DNA from: Escherichia coli
GTDB lineage: Bacteria > Pseudomonadota > Gammaproteobacteria > Enterobacterales > Enterobacteriaceae
Direction: 5' to 3' (one strand)
Length of the DNA stretch: 64,000 nucleotides
Assembly: GCF_024502345.1 (NCBI RefSeq)
Contig: NZ_JALDNN010000001.1
In this document: positions 1-11,189 of the stretch, one piece after another
Position numbering within the stretch: position 1 is the first letter of the stretch
How the letters are laid out: each line of letters starts with the position of its first letter
Made by a program: the position numbers and the translations under genes
The notes under the pieces: generated by a model
Database searches by the model: none
Told to the model about the DNA's origin: nothing
What the model saw: only the letters and a program-made list of their open reading frames with translations

Positions 1-428
1 AGTTTATGCTGACTTAATTGCTCCAGCAGCATTTCGTGGGTGGATTCGAAGCAGCGAAGATGAATGGGCTCGCCTTCTACCACTGCGGCGTTAAGTACGC
101 TACTGACCAGGCGTTTGGAAAGTGCATCAGCCACGCCAACGTCAAACAATAAATTGGATTCTTTGCGATAGTTCACAATATCCAGCATTTCCTGGCTTAA
201 GGTGAACATTTTATCGGCATAGCGATAGACCAGCTCTCCCAGCTCGCTGGGTTCGAGACCACGTCCCTTGCGCTTAAATAATTTGCCTTGCAGGCGCTCT
301 TCCAGAGCCCGGATCTGTCCGGTAATGGTTTGTGGAGTTAAATAAAGCGCCTCCGCTGCGCCAACCACGGAACCTTCTTTATAGACATGCCAGAAGTAAT
401 ACAAGTGGTTGTAATTGATATGAGACAT
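1..428 (-). CDS. nhaR: LysR-family regulator NhaR, N-terminal part (3' end beyond window start)
   Basis: Minus-strand frame from ATG at 426-428 reads [43 protein letters not shown]... with no stop to position 1; lies downstream of nhaA. Confidence 0.85.
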   Translation of the reverse strand, partial: MSHINYNHLYYFWHVYKEGSVVGAAEALYLTPQTITGQIRALEERLQGKLFKRKGRGLEPSELGELVYRYADKMFTLSQEMLDIVNYRKESNLLFDVGVADALSKRLVSSVLNAAVVEGEPIHLRCFESTHEMLLEQLSQHK

Positions 429-493
429 GCTCGTTTCTCTCCCTGATAACAATGAAAAGGGAGCCGTTTATGGCTCCCCGGTAAACCGTCCTG

Positions 494-1660
494 TCACACT
501 GATGGACGCAAACGAACGCGTAACCAGCTGTATCCAATTACCGCCGAAGAGATAGAACCGACCAGGATACCGAGTTTCGCCCAGTTAATCAGTTCTGGAT
601 CTACGCTACCAAAGGCCAGGCTGGCAATAAAGATAGACATAGTAAAACCGATACCGCACAGGATCCCCACCGCCATAATTTGCTGATAAGTCGTTCCCTC
701 TGGCAGATGCGCCAGTTTCAAACGCAGCGCCAACCAGCAGAACAGACTAATCCCCAGCGGTTTGCCAATCAGCAAGCCAGCGATGATCCCCAATGGCAGA
801 ATGGAGGTCAAGCCATCCAGCGTGACGCCTTGCAGTGAAACGCCAGCATTAGCAAATGCAAACAGCGGCAAAATCAGATACGCCACCCACGGGTGTAACA
901 CATGCTCCAGTCGCTTCGCTGGAGAACGCCCATGCTTCTCTTTCAAAGGAATAAAGAAGCCGACAATTACCCCCGCCAGGGTTGCGTGAACCCCCGATTT
1001 CAACACCGCAGTCCACAACACTACGCCAACCAGAATATAGACGCCCGTGCGGCGTACACCACACAGATTCAATACCGCGAGTACCGCAATTGCTACAGCC
1101 GCGACGCCAAGAGAGGCCATCGATAAGTCATTAGTGTAGAACAATGCGATGATAATGATGGCCCCAAGATCGTCGATAATAGCCAGAGCCATCAAAAAGA
1201 TCTTCAGTGCTAACGGAACACGACTTCCCAACAGCGCCAGCACACCAAGTGCAAAGGCAATGTCAGTAGCCGCCGGGATCGCCCACCCTTCGCGGGTAAT
1301 CGGATCGGCATAGTTAAAGGCCAGATAGAGTAATGCCGGAACAATCATCCCACCAATAGCGGCGATAACCGGAAATGCGGCCTGGCGTAAGCTGGCTAGC
1401 GATCCTTGCATCAGTTCACGTTTAACTTCCAGACCGACTAACAGGAAAAATACCGCCATCAGCGCGTCATTTATCCATAACAGCATGTTTTTGTTGATTT
1501 CGAGTGAACCAACCCGGAGCTGAACCGGCGTCTCCAGAAAGTCGTGATACCATCCACTGGTTGCGCCGCTGTTGGCCATCATCATCGCCAGGATAGCGGC
1601 AATGATAAGAATAATGCCTCCCGAGGCATCACTGCTAAAGAATCGATGCAGATGTTTCAC
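494..1660 (-). CDS. nhaA: Na+/H+ antiporter NhaA
   Basis: 388-aa ORF, GTG start, translation matches recalled NhaA. Confidence 0.95.
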   Translation of the reverse strand: MKHLHRFFSSDASGGIILIIAAILAMMMANSGATSGWYHDFLETPVQLRVGSLEINKNMLLWINDALMAVFFLLVGLEVKRELMQGSLASLRQAAFPVIAAIGGMIVPALLYLAFNYADPITREGWAIPAATDIAFALGVLALLGSRVPLALKIFLMALAIIDDLGAIIIIALFYTNDLSMASLGVAAVAIAVLAVLNLCGVRRTGVYILVGVVLWTAVLKSGVHATLAGVIVGFFIPLKEKHGRSPAKRLEHVLHPWVAYLILPLFAFANAGVSLQGVTLDGLTSILPLGIIAGLLIGKPLGISLFCWLALRLKLAHLPEGTTYQQIMAVGILCGIGFTMSIFIASLAFGSVDPELINWAKLGILVGSISSAVIGYSWLRVRLRPSV

Positions 1661-2142
1661 TTTTTATTTCTCTTTCAGGTGAATAGATCGTTTTTACTAT
1701 TTTACCCCGCACGAATCATCGTTAAAATCAGATTATAGTGTAGGAATAACTCGTTTTTTACGAGCAATTAAAGGATTTGCGCCATCAGCGGTGAGATGAG
1801 TTTTTGACGGCTGTAAGCGCTAACGGGTGACCCTAAGCCCTGATAATCATAGCTTAAGGTCAGGATTTCTGAGGGATTAATTAGGAAAAGTAATAATTAA
1901 TTTCTTGTCAGTCGGCGTTATTTGTTAGGACAATATTTCAAAAATAATCCAGCTTGTCGTCAATAATTGCGATAAAGAGATAAATTAAAGTTAAATAATT
2001 AAATCATTAAAAAATTACGCCACAAAAATGCGAGGCGTCTTCAGGATTAGAATCGATAAAACAGAATGGGTTAAAGAGAGCGATATAATAGCGGCGGGTG
2101 CTTGAGGCTATCTGTCTCAGGCATTAGCTGAACGGCAGATAG

Positions 2143-2197
2143 AGAAAAGCCCCGAGTGATATTTTACTATCAACCCGAGGCCCCCTATATGCTGAAC
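2143..2197 (-). ncRNA. sokC: Putative Sok-type antisense RNA overlapping the mokC start (approximate position)
   Basis: Placed by hok/sok family architecture and recalled K-12 layout; not verified by structure. Confidence 0.4.
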
Positions 2198-2398
2198 ACA
2201 TGTAGAGTGCCTCTTACTGACCGTAAGGTCAAGGAGAAGAGAGCAATGAAGCAGCATAAGGCGATGATTGTCGCCCTGATCGTCATCTGTATCACCGCCG
2301 TAGTGGCGGCGCTGGTAACGAGAAAAGACCTCTGTGAGGTTCACATCCGAACTGGCCAGACGGAGGTTGCTGTTTTCACGGCTTACGAATCCGAGTAA
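2189..2398 (+). CDS. mokC: MokC, in-frame upstream extension of hokC
   Basis: ATG at 2189 in frame with hokC; MLNTCRVPLTDRKVKEKRA-MKQHK... Confidence 0.7.
   Translation: MLNTCRVPLTDRKVKEKRAMKQHKAMIVALIVICITAVVAALVTRKDLCEVHIRTGQTEVAVFTAYESE
2246..2398 (+). CDS. hokC: Type I toxin HokC (Hok/Gef family small membrane peptide)
   Basis: 50-aa MKQHKAMIVALIVICITAVVAALVTRKDLCEVHIRTGQTEVAVFTAYESE. Confidence 0.9.
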   Translation: MKQHKAMIVALIVICITAVVAALVTRKDLCEVHIRTGQTEVAVFTAYESE

Positions 2399-2420
2399 GT
2401 GCAACGGCGGGGAGTGATCC

Positions 2421-3759
2421 CATAAGCGCTAACTTAAGGGTTGTGGTATTACGCCTGATATGATTTAACGTGCCGATGAATTACTCTCACGATAACTGGT
2501 CAGCAATTCTGGCCCATATTGGTAAGCCCGAAGAACTGGATACTTCGGCACGTAATGCCGGGGCTCTAACCCGCCGCCGCGAAATTCGTGATGCTGCAAC
2601 TCTGCTACGTCTGGGGCTGGCTTACGGCCCCGGGGGGATGTCATTACGTGAAGTCACTGCATGGGCTCAGCTCCATGACGTTGCAACATTATCTGACGTG
2701 GCTCTCCTGAAGCGGCTGCGGAATGCCGCCGACTGGTTTGGCATACTTGCCGCACAAACACTTGCTGTGCGCGCCGCAGTTACGGGTTGTACAAGCGGAA
2801 AGAGATTGCGTCTTGTCGATGGAACAGCAATCAGTGCGCCCGGGGGCGGCAGCGCTGAATGGCGACTACATATGGGATATGATCCTCATACCTGTCAGTT
2901 CACTGATTTTGAGCTAACCGACAGCAGAGACGCTGAACGGCTGGACCGATTTGCGCAAACGGCAGACGAGATACGCATTGCTGACCGGGGATTCGGTTCG
3001 CGTCCCGAATGTATCCGCTCACTTGCTTTTGGAGAAGCTGATTATATCGTCCGGGTTCACTGGCGAGGATTGCGCTGGTTAACTGCAGAAGGAATGCGCT
3101 TTGACATGATGGGTTTTCTGCGCGGGCTGGATTGCGGTAAGAACGGTGAAACCACTGTAATGATAGGCAATTCAGGTAATAAAAAAGCCGGAGCTCCCTT
3201 TCCGGCACGTCTCATTGCCGTATCACTTCCTCCCGAAAAAGCATTAATCAGTAAAACCCGACTGCTCAGCGAGAATCGTCGAAAAGGACGAGTAGTTCAG
3301 GCGGAAACGCTGGAAGCAGCGGGCCATGTGCTATTGCTAACATCATTACCGGAAGATGAATATTCAGCAGAGCAAGTGGCTGATTGTTACCGTCTGCGAT
3401 GGCAAATTGAACTGGCTTTTAAGCGGCTCAAAAGTTTGCTGCACCTGGATGCTTTGCGTGCAAAGGAACCTGAACTCGCGAAAGCGTGGATATTTGCTAA
3501 TCTACTCGCCGCATTTTTAATTGACGACATAATCCAGCCATCGCTGGATTTCCCCCCCAGAAGTGCCGGATCCGAAAAGAAGAACTAACTCGTTGTGGAG
3601 AATAACAAAAATGGTCATCTGGAGCTTACAGGTGGCCATTCGTGGGACAGTATCCCTGACAGCCTACAAAACGCAATTGAAGAACGCGAGGCATCGTCTT
3701 AACGAGGCACCGAGGCGTCGCATTCTTCAGATGGTTCAACCCTTAAGTTAGCGCTTATG
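2421..3759 (+). mobile_element. IS186 insertion sequence
   Basis: Perfect 23-bp terminal inverted repeats cataagcgctaacttaagggttg at 2421-2443 and 3737-3759; flanked by 10-bp direct repeat ggagtgatcc at 2411-2420 and 3760-3769. Confidence 0.9.
2470..3588 (+). CDS. insL: IS186 transposase InsL
   Basis: 372-aa ORF inside the IS186 inverted repeats. Confidence 0.9.
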   Translation: MPMNYSHDNWSAILAHIGKPEELDTSARNAGALTRRREIRDAATLLRLGLAYGPGGMSLREVTAWAQLHDVATLSDVALLKRLRNAADWFGILAAQTLAVRAAVTGCTSGKRLRLVDGTAISAPGGGSAEWRLHMGYDPHTCQFTDFELTDSRDAERLDRFAQTADEIRIADRGFGSRPECIRSLAFGEADYIVRVHWRGLRWLTAEGMRFDMMGFLRGLDCGKNGETTVMIGNSGNKKAGAPFPARLIAVSLPPEKALISKTRLLSENRRKGRVVQAETLEAAGHVLLLTSLPEDEYSAEQVADCYRLRWQIELAFKRLKSLLHLDALRAKEPELAKAWIFANLLAAFLIDDIIQPSLDFPPRSAGSEKKN

Positions 3760-3850
3760 GGAGTGATCCCCGCCACTTTTCAGGTGCTCGCATATCTTCA
3801 ACGCACCCTAATTTTACCCAAGCCTGCCCACGGGCAGGCTTTTGGGGAGG

Positions 3851-4981
3851 TTAGCGGGTCAGGTCGTCAAAAAACTTCTTCACACCATCAAAGAAGCTCT
3901 TTGAGCGCGGGCTGTTGTGCTCACCGGTTGGGCCACCGAAGCTTTCTTGCAGCTCTTGCAGCAGCTGTTTCTGCTTCTCGTTCAGGCCTACCGGTGTTTC
4001 GACGACAACGCGGCACAGCAAATCACCCTGTGCGCCACCGCGGACAGACTTGACGCCTTTACCGCGCATACGGAAAAGCTTACCGGTCTGGGTTTCGCCA
4101 GGCACTTTCAGTTTGACGCGACCATCAAGGGTCGGTACTTCGATTTCGCCACCCAGCGCCGCCATAGCGAAGTTGATCGGGACTTCGCAATAGAGGTTGT
4201 TGCCTTCACGCTCGAAAATCGGGTGCTGTTTAACCTGAACCTGAACGTACAGATCGCCTGCCGGTGCGCCATGCTCGCCCGCTTCACCTTCGCCCGCAAG
4301 ACGGATGCGGTCTCCAGTGTCCACCCCTGCCGGGATTTTAACGGACAGCGTTTTGCTGCGCTCAACACGACCATGACCATGACATTTGTTGCACGGATCT
4401 TTGATCAGCGTACCGCGGCCCTGACAGTGTGGACAGGTCTGCTGTACAGCGAAGAATCCCTGACGCATCTGCACCTGACCAGAACCATGACAGGTCGGAC
4501 AGGTCTGCGGCTGTGTACCTGGTTTTGCACCGCTACCGTGGCAAACGTCACACTCTTCCAGAGTCGGAATGCGGATCTCTTTGGTCACGCCACGTACAGC
4601 TTCTTCGAGGGTGAGCTCCATGTTATAGCGTAAATCAGCACCGCGCGCCGCACGTTGACGACCACGTCCGCCGCCAAAAATATCGCCGAAAACGTCACCA
4701 AAAATATCGCTGAAGTCTGCGCCGCCGCCAAAACCGCCGCCGCCCATGCCGCCTTGCTCAAACGCAGCATGACCATACTGATCGTATGCCGCACGTTTTT
4801 GCGAGTCGGTCAGAACTTCATAAGCTTCCTTGATCTCTTTAAATTTCGCCTCGGCCTCTTTGTCACCCTGGTTACGGTCCGGGTGGTATTTCATGGCCAG
4901 GCGTTTGTAGGCCTTTTTGATTTCACGCTCTTCCGCTGTTTTGGAAACGCCTAAAATCTCGTAATAATCTTGCTTAGCCAT
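3851..4981 (-). CDS. dnaJ: Chaperone DnaJ (Hsp40)
   Basis: [13 protein letters not shown]-domain, Gly/Phe-rich region, four CxxCxGxG zinc motifs; start set at the MAKQDYY methionine inside the longer ORF. Confidence 0.95.
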
Positions 4982-5069
4982 CTTTTTTAAATTGCCCCTA
5001 GATGAATGCACGGGCGGAGAGGAAATTCCCCTTCGCCCGTGTCAGTATAATTACCCGTTTATAGGGCGA

Positions 5070-6986
5070 TTATTTTTTGTCTTTGACTTCTTCAAATTCA
5101 GCGTCGACAACATCGTCATCTTTCGCGTTGTTTGCAGAAGCATCAGCACCGGCAGTCTGCTGCTGGGCATGTTGCTGCTGGGCGATTTCCATCAGTTTCT
5201 GGGAAACCTGTGCCAGCTCCTGCATTTTCGCTTCGATAGCGGCTTTGTCTTCACCTTTCAGAGCAGTTTCCAGTGCAGTCAGTGCAGACTCGATAGCAGT
5301 TTTGTCGTCAGCCGGCAGTTTGTCGCCTGCTTCTTCAACCTGCTTACGGGTGCTGTGCAGCAGATGGTCGCCCTGGTTGCGAGTCTGTACCAGCTCTTCA
5401 AACTTACGGTCAGCTTCGGCGTTAGCTTCTGCGTCGCGTACCATTTTCTGGATTTCATCTTCGTTCAGACCAGAAGAAGCCTTGATGGTGATCTTCTGCT
5501 CTTTACCGCTGTTTTTATCTTTCGCGGAAACGTGCAGGATACCGTCAGCATCGATATCGAAGGTAACTTCGATCTGCGGCATGCCGCGCGGTGCCGGGTT
5601 GATACCATCCAGGTTGAACTGACCCAGAGATTTGTTATCAGCCGCACGTTTACGTTCACCCTGCAGCACATGGATGGTTACCGCAGACTGGTTGTCTTCA
5701 GCGGTAGAGAACACCTGGCTGTGCTTGGTCGGGATAGTGGTGTTTTTCGCGATCAGCGTCGTCATCACACCGCCCATGGTTTCGATACCCAGAGACAGCG
5801 GGGTAACGTCCAGCAGCAGTACGTCTTTCACGTCACCAGTCAGAACACCCCCCTGAACAGCAGCACCGATTGCTACAGCTTCGTCCGGGTTAACGTCTTT
5901 ACGCGGCTCTTTACCAAAGAACTCAGCAACTTTCTTCTGAACCATTGGCATACGAGTCTGACCACCAACGAGGATAACGTCGTCGATATCAGATACGGAC
6001 AGGCCAGCGTCCTGCAGTGCAACTTTCAGCGGCTCAATGGAACGGTTTACCAGATCTTCAACCAGGCTTTCCAGTTTCGCACGAGTCACTTTGATGTTCA
6101 TGTGTTTCGGACCGGTCGCATCTGCAGTGATGTACGGCAGGTTAACGTCGGTCTGCTGAGCGGAAGACAGTTCGATTTTCGCTTTTTCTGCCGCTTCTTT
6201 CAGGCGCTGCATTGCCAGCGGATCGTTGCGCAGGTCAATGCCCTGATCTTTCTTGAATTCTTCAACCAGGTAGTTGATCAGACGGCTGTCGAAGTCTTCA
6301 CCACCCAGGTGGGTATCACCGTTGGTAGCCAGAACTTCGAAGGTTTTTTCGCCGTCAACTTCGTCGATTTCGATAATAGAAATATCGAAAGTACCACCAC
6401 CCAGGTCATAAACCGCGATAGTACGGTTGCCAGTACCTTTGTCCAGACCGTAAGCCAGCGCAGCTGCGGTCGGTTCGTTGATGATACGTTTTACTTCCAG
6501 ACCAGCGATACGGCCTGCGTCTTTGGTTGCCTGACGCTGAGCATCGTTAAAGTATGCCGGTACGGTGATAACAGCTTCAGTTACCGGTTCACCCAAGTAA
6601 TCTTCAGCGGTTTTCTTCATTTTTTTCAGCACTTCAGCAGAGATCTGCGGCGGTGCCATTTTCTGGCCTTTAACTTCGACCCATGCGTCGCCGTTATCAG
6701 CAGCAATAATTTTGAACGGCATGATGGAAACATCACGCTGTACTTCTTCGTCCTGGAAGCGGCGGCCAATCAGGCGTTTAATCGCAAACAGGGTGTTTTG
6801 CGGGTTCGTCACTGCCTGACGTTTAGCCGGCTGACCAACCAAAGTTTCACCATCCTGGGTATAGGCAATGATAGAAGGCGTGGTGCGATCGCCTTCGGCG
6901 TTCTCCAGCACACGAGGAGTGGTGCCATCCATAATCGCTACACAAGAGTTGGTAGTACCCAGGTCGATACCAATTATTTTACCCAT
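5070..6986 (-). CDS. dnaK: Chaperone DnaK (Hsp70)
   Basis: 638-aa [21 protein letters not shown]... Confidence 0.97.
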
Positions 6987-7030
6987 CTAAACGTCTCCAC
7001 TATATATTCGGTCATCATGTGGTTGTGAGT

Positions 7031-7140
7031 CTGTAATAGGGGCGAAACGTCTGGTTTCAACTGCCCAATTTCATTTTTTTGCAGACTCACTCACTGCGGT
7101 TGACTACTAAATGGGGTCGTAACCCACGTCATCAAGGGGG
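7031..7140 (-). promoter_or_regulatory. Two sigma-32 heat-shock-type promoters upstream of dnaK
   Basis: Minus strand shows CCCCCTTGATGA...GACCCCATTTA and TTGAAA...CCCCTATTA elements resembling the sigma-32 consensus. Confidence 0.6.
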
Positions 7141-7362
7141 AGATGCAAAAATTTTTTGTGCTTTTGCGCAGAAATTTCGCGATATAGCAGGACAAGACGT
7201 GAAACTGACAGCAATTTTATTCATATAAAGAATGAATCGCAGCCAAGACATTCATCAAAAAATTGTAATAAAAAGAAAACATTACGCACCTGAATCTTCT
7301 CTTTATCAGCAGTAAACTAGTGGGTATCCATCCCCCTACCTCTCCCCACTAAGAGAATCCTT

Positions 7363-7767
7363 ATGAAATCCGTTTTTACGATTTCCGCCAGCCTGGCGAT
7401 TAGTCTGATGCTGTGCTGCACGGCGCAGGCAAACGACCATAAAATCCTCGGCGTCATTGCGATGCCGCGTAACGAAACCAACGATCTGGCGCTGAAACTT
7501 CCTGTTTGCCGAATTGTTAAACGCATACAACTCTCTGCCGACCATGGCGATTTACAGTTAAGCGGTGCATCGGTTTATTTCAAAGCCGCCCGTAGCGCCA
7601 GTCAGAGCCTGAATATTCCTTCAGAAATAAAAGAAGGGCAAACCACTGACTGGATCAACATTAACAGCGATAACGACAATAAACGCTGCGTCTCAAAAAT
7701 CACCTTTTCCGGTCATACGGTGAACTCATCGGATATGGCCACGCTGAAAATTATCGGCGACGACTAA
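7363..7767 (+). CDS. yaaI: Secreted/periplasmic protein YaaI (DUF2541)
   Basis: 134-aa ORF with N-terminal signal peptide; position matches K-12. Confidence 0.85.
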
Positions 7768-7792
7768 CGCCAGAATATAGAAGCCACAAAAA

Positions 7793-8506
7793 ATGAATGT
7801 TAATTACCTGAATGATTCAGATCTGGATTTTCTCCAGCATTGCAGTGAGGAACAGTTGGCAAATTTCGCCCGATTGCTCACCCATAATGAAAAAGGCAAA
7901 ACTCGCCTCTCCAGCGTACTGATGCGCAACGAACTGTTTAAATCGATGGAAGGGCATCCCGAGCAACATCGCCGCAACTGGCAGCTGATTGCTGGAGAAT
8001 TACAGCATTTTGGTGGCGATAGTATCGCCAACAAACTGCGCGGACACGGTAAATTGTATCGGGCCATTTTGCTCGATGTTTCAAAACGATTGAAGCTGAA
8101 AGCCGACAAAGAGATGTCTACGTTTGAGATTGAGCAACAGTTACTGGAACAATTTCTGCGTAACACCTGGAAGAATATGGACGAGGAACATAAACAGGAG
8201 TTTCTGCACGCGGTCGATGCGAGGGTGAATGAGCTGGAAGAGCTGCTGCCGCTGCTGATGAAAGACAAATTATTGGCAAAAGGCGTGTCGCATTTGCTTT
8301 CCAGCCAACTGACCCGCATTTTACGCACCCACGCAGCAATGAGCGTACTTGGGCATGGTTTGCTGCGCGGCGCGGGGCTGGGAGGCCCTGTAGGTGCGGC
8401 ACTAAATGGGGTTAAAGCGGTCAGCGGCAGCGCCTATCGCGTGACGATTCCAGCCGTACTGCAAATCGCCTGCCTGCGCCGGATGGTTAGCGCCACTCAG
8501 GTCTGA
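7793..8506 (+). CDS. yaaW: UPF0174 protein YaaW
   Basis: 237-aa ORF; position matches K-12. Confidence 0.85.
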   Translation: MNVNYLNDSDLDFLQHCSEEQLANFARLLTHNEKGKTRLSSVLMRNELFKSMEGHPEQHRRNWQLIAGELQHFGGDSIANKLRGHGKLYRAILLDVSKRLKLKADKEMSTFEIEQQLLEQFLRNTWKNMDEEHKQEFLHAVDARVNELEELLPLLMKDKLLAKGVSHLLSSQLTRILRTHAAMSVLGHGLLRGAGLGGPVGAALNGVKAVSGSAYRVTIPAVLQIACLRRMVSATQV

Positions 8507-8654
8507 TACCGGAAACCGGGGAAAATTTTCATTTTCCCCTCAAAAGATCGTAGACACTGCCCCACTGGCTGATTATTATGCCGCGCCCTGAAAACACTAC
8601 AGTTATTCAGGGAAATTATTTCACCATTCATTCGATGATGATTTTTGAGGAATT

Positions 8655-9221
8655 ATGGGCAACACTAAGTTGGCTAATCCGGCACCGCTGGGCCTGATGG
8701 GCTTCGGCATGACCACCATTCTGCTTAACCTGCACAACGTGGGTTATTTCGCTCTGGACGGTATTATTCTTGCCATGGGCATTTTCTACGGCGGCATCGC
8801 GCAAATTTTTGCTGGTCTGCTGGAGTACAAAAAAGGCAACACTTTCGGTTTAACCGCATTCACCTCTTACGGTTCTTTCTGGCTGACGCTGGTTGCGATT
8901 CTGCTGATGCCGAAACTGGGTCTGACCGATGCGCCAAATGCACAGTTCCTTGGTGTCTACCTGGGTCTGTGGGGCGTATTTACGCTGTTTATGTTCTTCG
9001 GCACGCTGAAAGGCGCACGCGTTCTGCAATTCGTTTTCTTTAGCCTGACCGTGCTGTTTGCCCTGCTGGCGATCGGTAACATTGCCGGTAACGCCGCAAT
9101 CATCCACTTTGCCGGCTGGATTGGGCTGATCTGCGGTGCCAGCGCAATCTATCTGGCGATGGGTGAAGTACTGAACGAGCAGTTTGGTCGCACCGTTCTG
9201 CCGATTGGTGAATCCCACTAA
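8655..9221 (+). CDS. satP: Succinate-acetate/proton symporter SatP (YaaH)
   Basis: 188-aa polytopic membrane protein MGNTKLANPAPLGLMGFGMTTILLNLHN... Confidence 0.92.
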   Translation: MGNTKLANPAPLGLMGFGMTTILLNLHNVGYFALDGIILAMGIFYGGIAQIFAGLLEYKKGNTFGLTAFTSYGSFWLTLVAILLMPKLGLTDAPNAQFLGVYLGLWGVFTLFMFFGTLKGARVLQFVFFSLTVLFALLAIGNIAGNAAIIHFAGWIGLICGASAIYLAMGEVLNEQFGRTVLPIGESH

Positions 9222-9231
9222 TTGTTTTGAG

Positions 9232-9258
9232 ATCCCCCCGCTCGGGGGGATTTTTTTA
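9232..9258 (+). terminator. Rho-independent terminator (satP; probably bidirectional with mog)
   Basis: ccccccgctcgggggg hairpin followed by a T7 run. Confidence 0.7.
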
Positions 9259-9843
9259 TTCGCTAACGTCGCGTCTTGCACTCTTCGGTCTGAATGCTGC
9301 AACCACTTCCGGTGCCGTTTCAACGTATGGCCCTTCCAGCAACTGAATGCAGTACGGTACGCTGGCAAAAATACCGTGTACCACAACGTTACCCGCAGCG
9401 TCCTTCACACCTTCCAGCGTCTCTTTAATAGACTTCGGCTGACCGGGTAAGTTAAGGATCAGCGCCTGTTTGCGAATCACACCAACCTGACGCGAAAGGA
9501 TCGCAGTTGGTACAAAATGCAGGCTTATCTGGCGCATCTGTTCACCAAAGCCAGGCATCTCGCGGTCCGCTACTGCCAGCGTCGCATCGGGCGTTACGTC
9601 ACGACGCGCCGGGCCAGTTCCGCCCGTGGTGAGCACCAGATGGCAACTCATTTCATCCACTAGCTCACACAACGTTTGCTCGATGATCGCCTGCTCATCG
9701 GGGATTAAGCGGGTTTCCAGTTCAAACGGCGTGGTTAGCGCCGATGTCAGCCATTCTTCCAGCGCAGGGATGCCTTTATCCTGATAAACGCCGCTGGATG
9801 CGCGATCAGAGATGGAAACTAAGCCAATACGTAAAGTATTCAT
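9256..9843 (-). CDS. mog: Molybdopterin adenylyltransferase Mog
   Basis: MNTLRIGLVSISDRAS...; start at second Met of the ORF. Confidence 0.93.
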   Translation of the reverse strand: MNTLRIGLVSISDRASSGVYQDKGIPALEEWLTSALTTPFELETRLIPDEQAIIEQTLCELVDEMSCHLVLTTGGTGPARRDVTPDATLAVADREMPGFGEQMRQISLHFVPTAILSRQVGVIRKQALILNLPGQPKSIKETLEGVKDAAGNVVVHGIFASVPYCIQLLEGPYVETAPEVVAAFRPKSARRDVSE

Positions 9844-9957
9844 CAAGATTTTTCCGTTTAAACAGTCTCGTTAAACAGAATGATACACTGCGAAGGGAGT
9901 GACAGACAGGCTTCAGAAGAGGTAGCGTGACCGACTTCCCGGTCACGCTAAGAATGA

Positions 9958-10911
9958 TTACAGCAGATCGCCGATCATTTTTTCCAGTTTTTCCTGGTCA
10001 ATAGCAAACTTACGGATACCTTCCGCCAGTTTATCTACTGCCATTGGATCCTGGTTGTGCTGCCACAGGAACTCGGACTCAGTGATACGCGCCGGACGCG
10101 CTTTCACTTCGCCGGTGTAAGACAGTTTACGTTCGATAGCCCCTTCGCTCTCAGCCAGCTCTTTCAGCAGTGTAGGTGCGATGGTAAGACGGTCGCAGCC
10201 TGCCAGTTCCAGAATTTCGCCGATGTTACGGAAGCTTGCGCCCATAACCACGGTTTCATAACCGTGCTCTTTGTAGTACTGGTAGATTTCAGATACAGAA
10301 ACCACGCCCGGATCTTCTGCCGGAGCGTACTCTTTCTTATCAGTATTCGCTTTGTACCAGTCAAGAATACGGCCAACAAATGGCGAGATCAGGAACACGC
10401 CTGCTTCCGCACAAGCACGAGCCTGAGCGAAGGAGAACAGCAGGGTCAGGTTACAGTTGATGCCTTCTTTTTCCAGCTGTTCTGCAGCACGGATACCCTG
10501 CCAGGTAGAAGCCAGTTTGATCAGAATACGATCGTTGCTAATACCAGCATCGTTGTAGAGTTTGATCAGGCGTTTTGCTTTCGCAATTGACGCTTCGGTG
10601 TCATAGGAAAGACGCGCATCAACTTCAGTTGAGATACGACCCGGAACCAGTTTCAGGATTTCCAGACCAATATTTACTGCCAGTTTGTCGGTCGCGTCCA
10701 CGATCTGCTGCGCGCGATCGTTGCTCTGCTGTTTCGCCCAGGCGACAGCATCATCAATCAACTTACGGTATTCCGGAATCTGCGCTGCGTTAAGAATGAG
10801 AGAAGGGTTGGTTGTGGCATCCTGCGGTTGATACAGCTTCATTGCCGCGATGTCCCCAGTGTCGGCCACTACGGTGGTGTACTGACGAAGGGAGGTCAAT
10901 TTGTCCGTCAT
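9958..10911 (-). CDS. talB: Transaldolase B
   Basis: [39 protein letters not shown]...; start at the internal MTDKL methionine. Confidence 0.95.
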   Translation of the reverse strand: MTDKLTSLRQYTTVVADTGDIAAMKLYQPQDATTNPSLILNAAQIPEYRKLIDDAVAWAKQQSNDRAQQIVDATDKLAVNIGLEILKLVPGRISTEVDARLSYDTEASIAKAKRLIKLYNDAGISNDRILIKLASTWQGIRAAEQLEKEGINCNLTLLFSFAQARACAEAGVFLISPFVGRILDWYKANTDKKEYAPAEDPGVVSVSEIYQYYKEHGYETVVMGASFRNIGEILELAGCDRLTIAPTLLKELAESEGAIERKLSYTGEVKARPARITESEFLWQHNQDPMAVDKLAEGIRKFAIDQEKLEKMIGDLL

Positions 10912-11189
10912 GATAGTATTTCTCTTTAAACAGCTTGTTAGGGGGATGTAACCGGTCTGCCCTGATGATATCACGACGCAACGTCAGCGCAACCGCCGAC
11001 AAGACGGTTATCGCCAGGCGAGACTGTTTCGGATTTCTGACACTGCGTTGATATCGCCCGCCATTTTTATACAAAACCTCATGTATGCTACGCAGAAGTT
11101 ATCAAGTACCTCGTAGCGTATATACTTCTTAAACAATTGGTAACGTTTACACAGGAAAGTCATCGCGACCGGCAATAAGAGGGATATGC

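Noticed and set aside
4992-7028. 678-aa plus-strand ORF antisense to dnaK
   Set aside because: Shadow ORF on the opposite strand of a highly expressed gene; low-complexity translation and no start context.
7804-8328. 174-aa minus-strand ORF inside yaaW (position of the disputed htgA/mbiA gene)
   Set aside because: Completely antisense to yaaW; cannot be supported from sequence alone.
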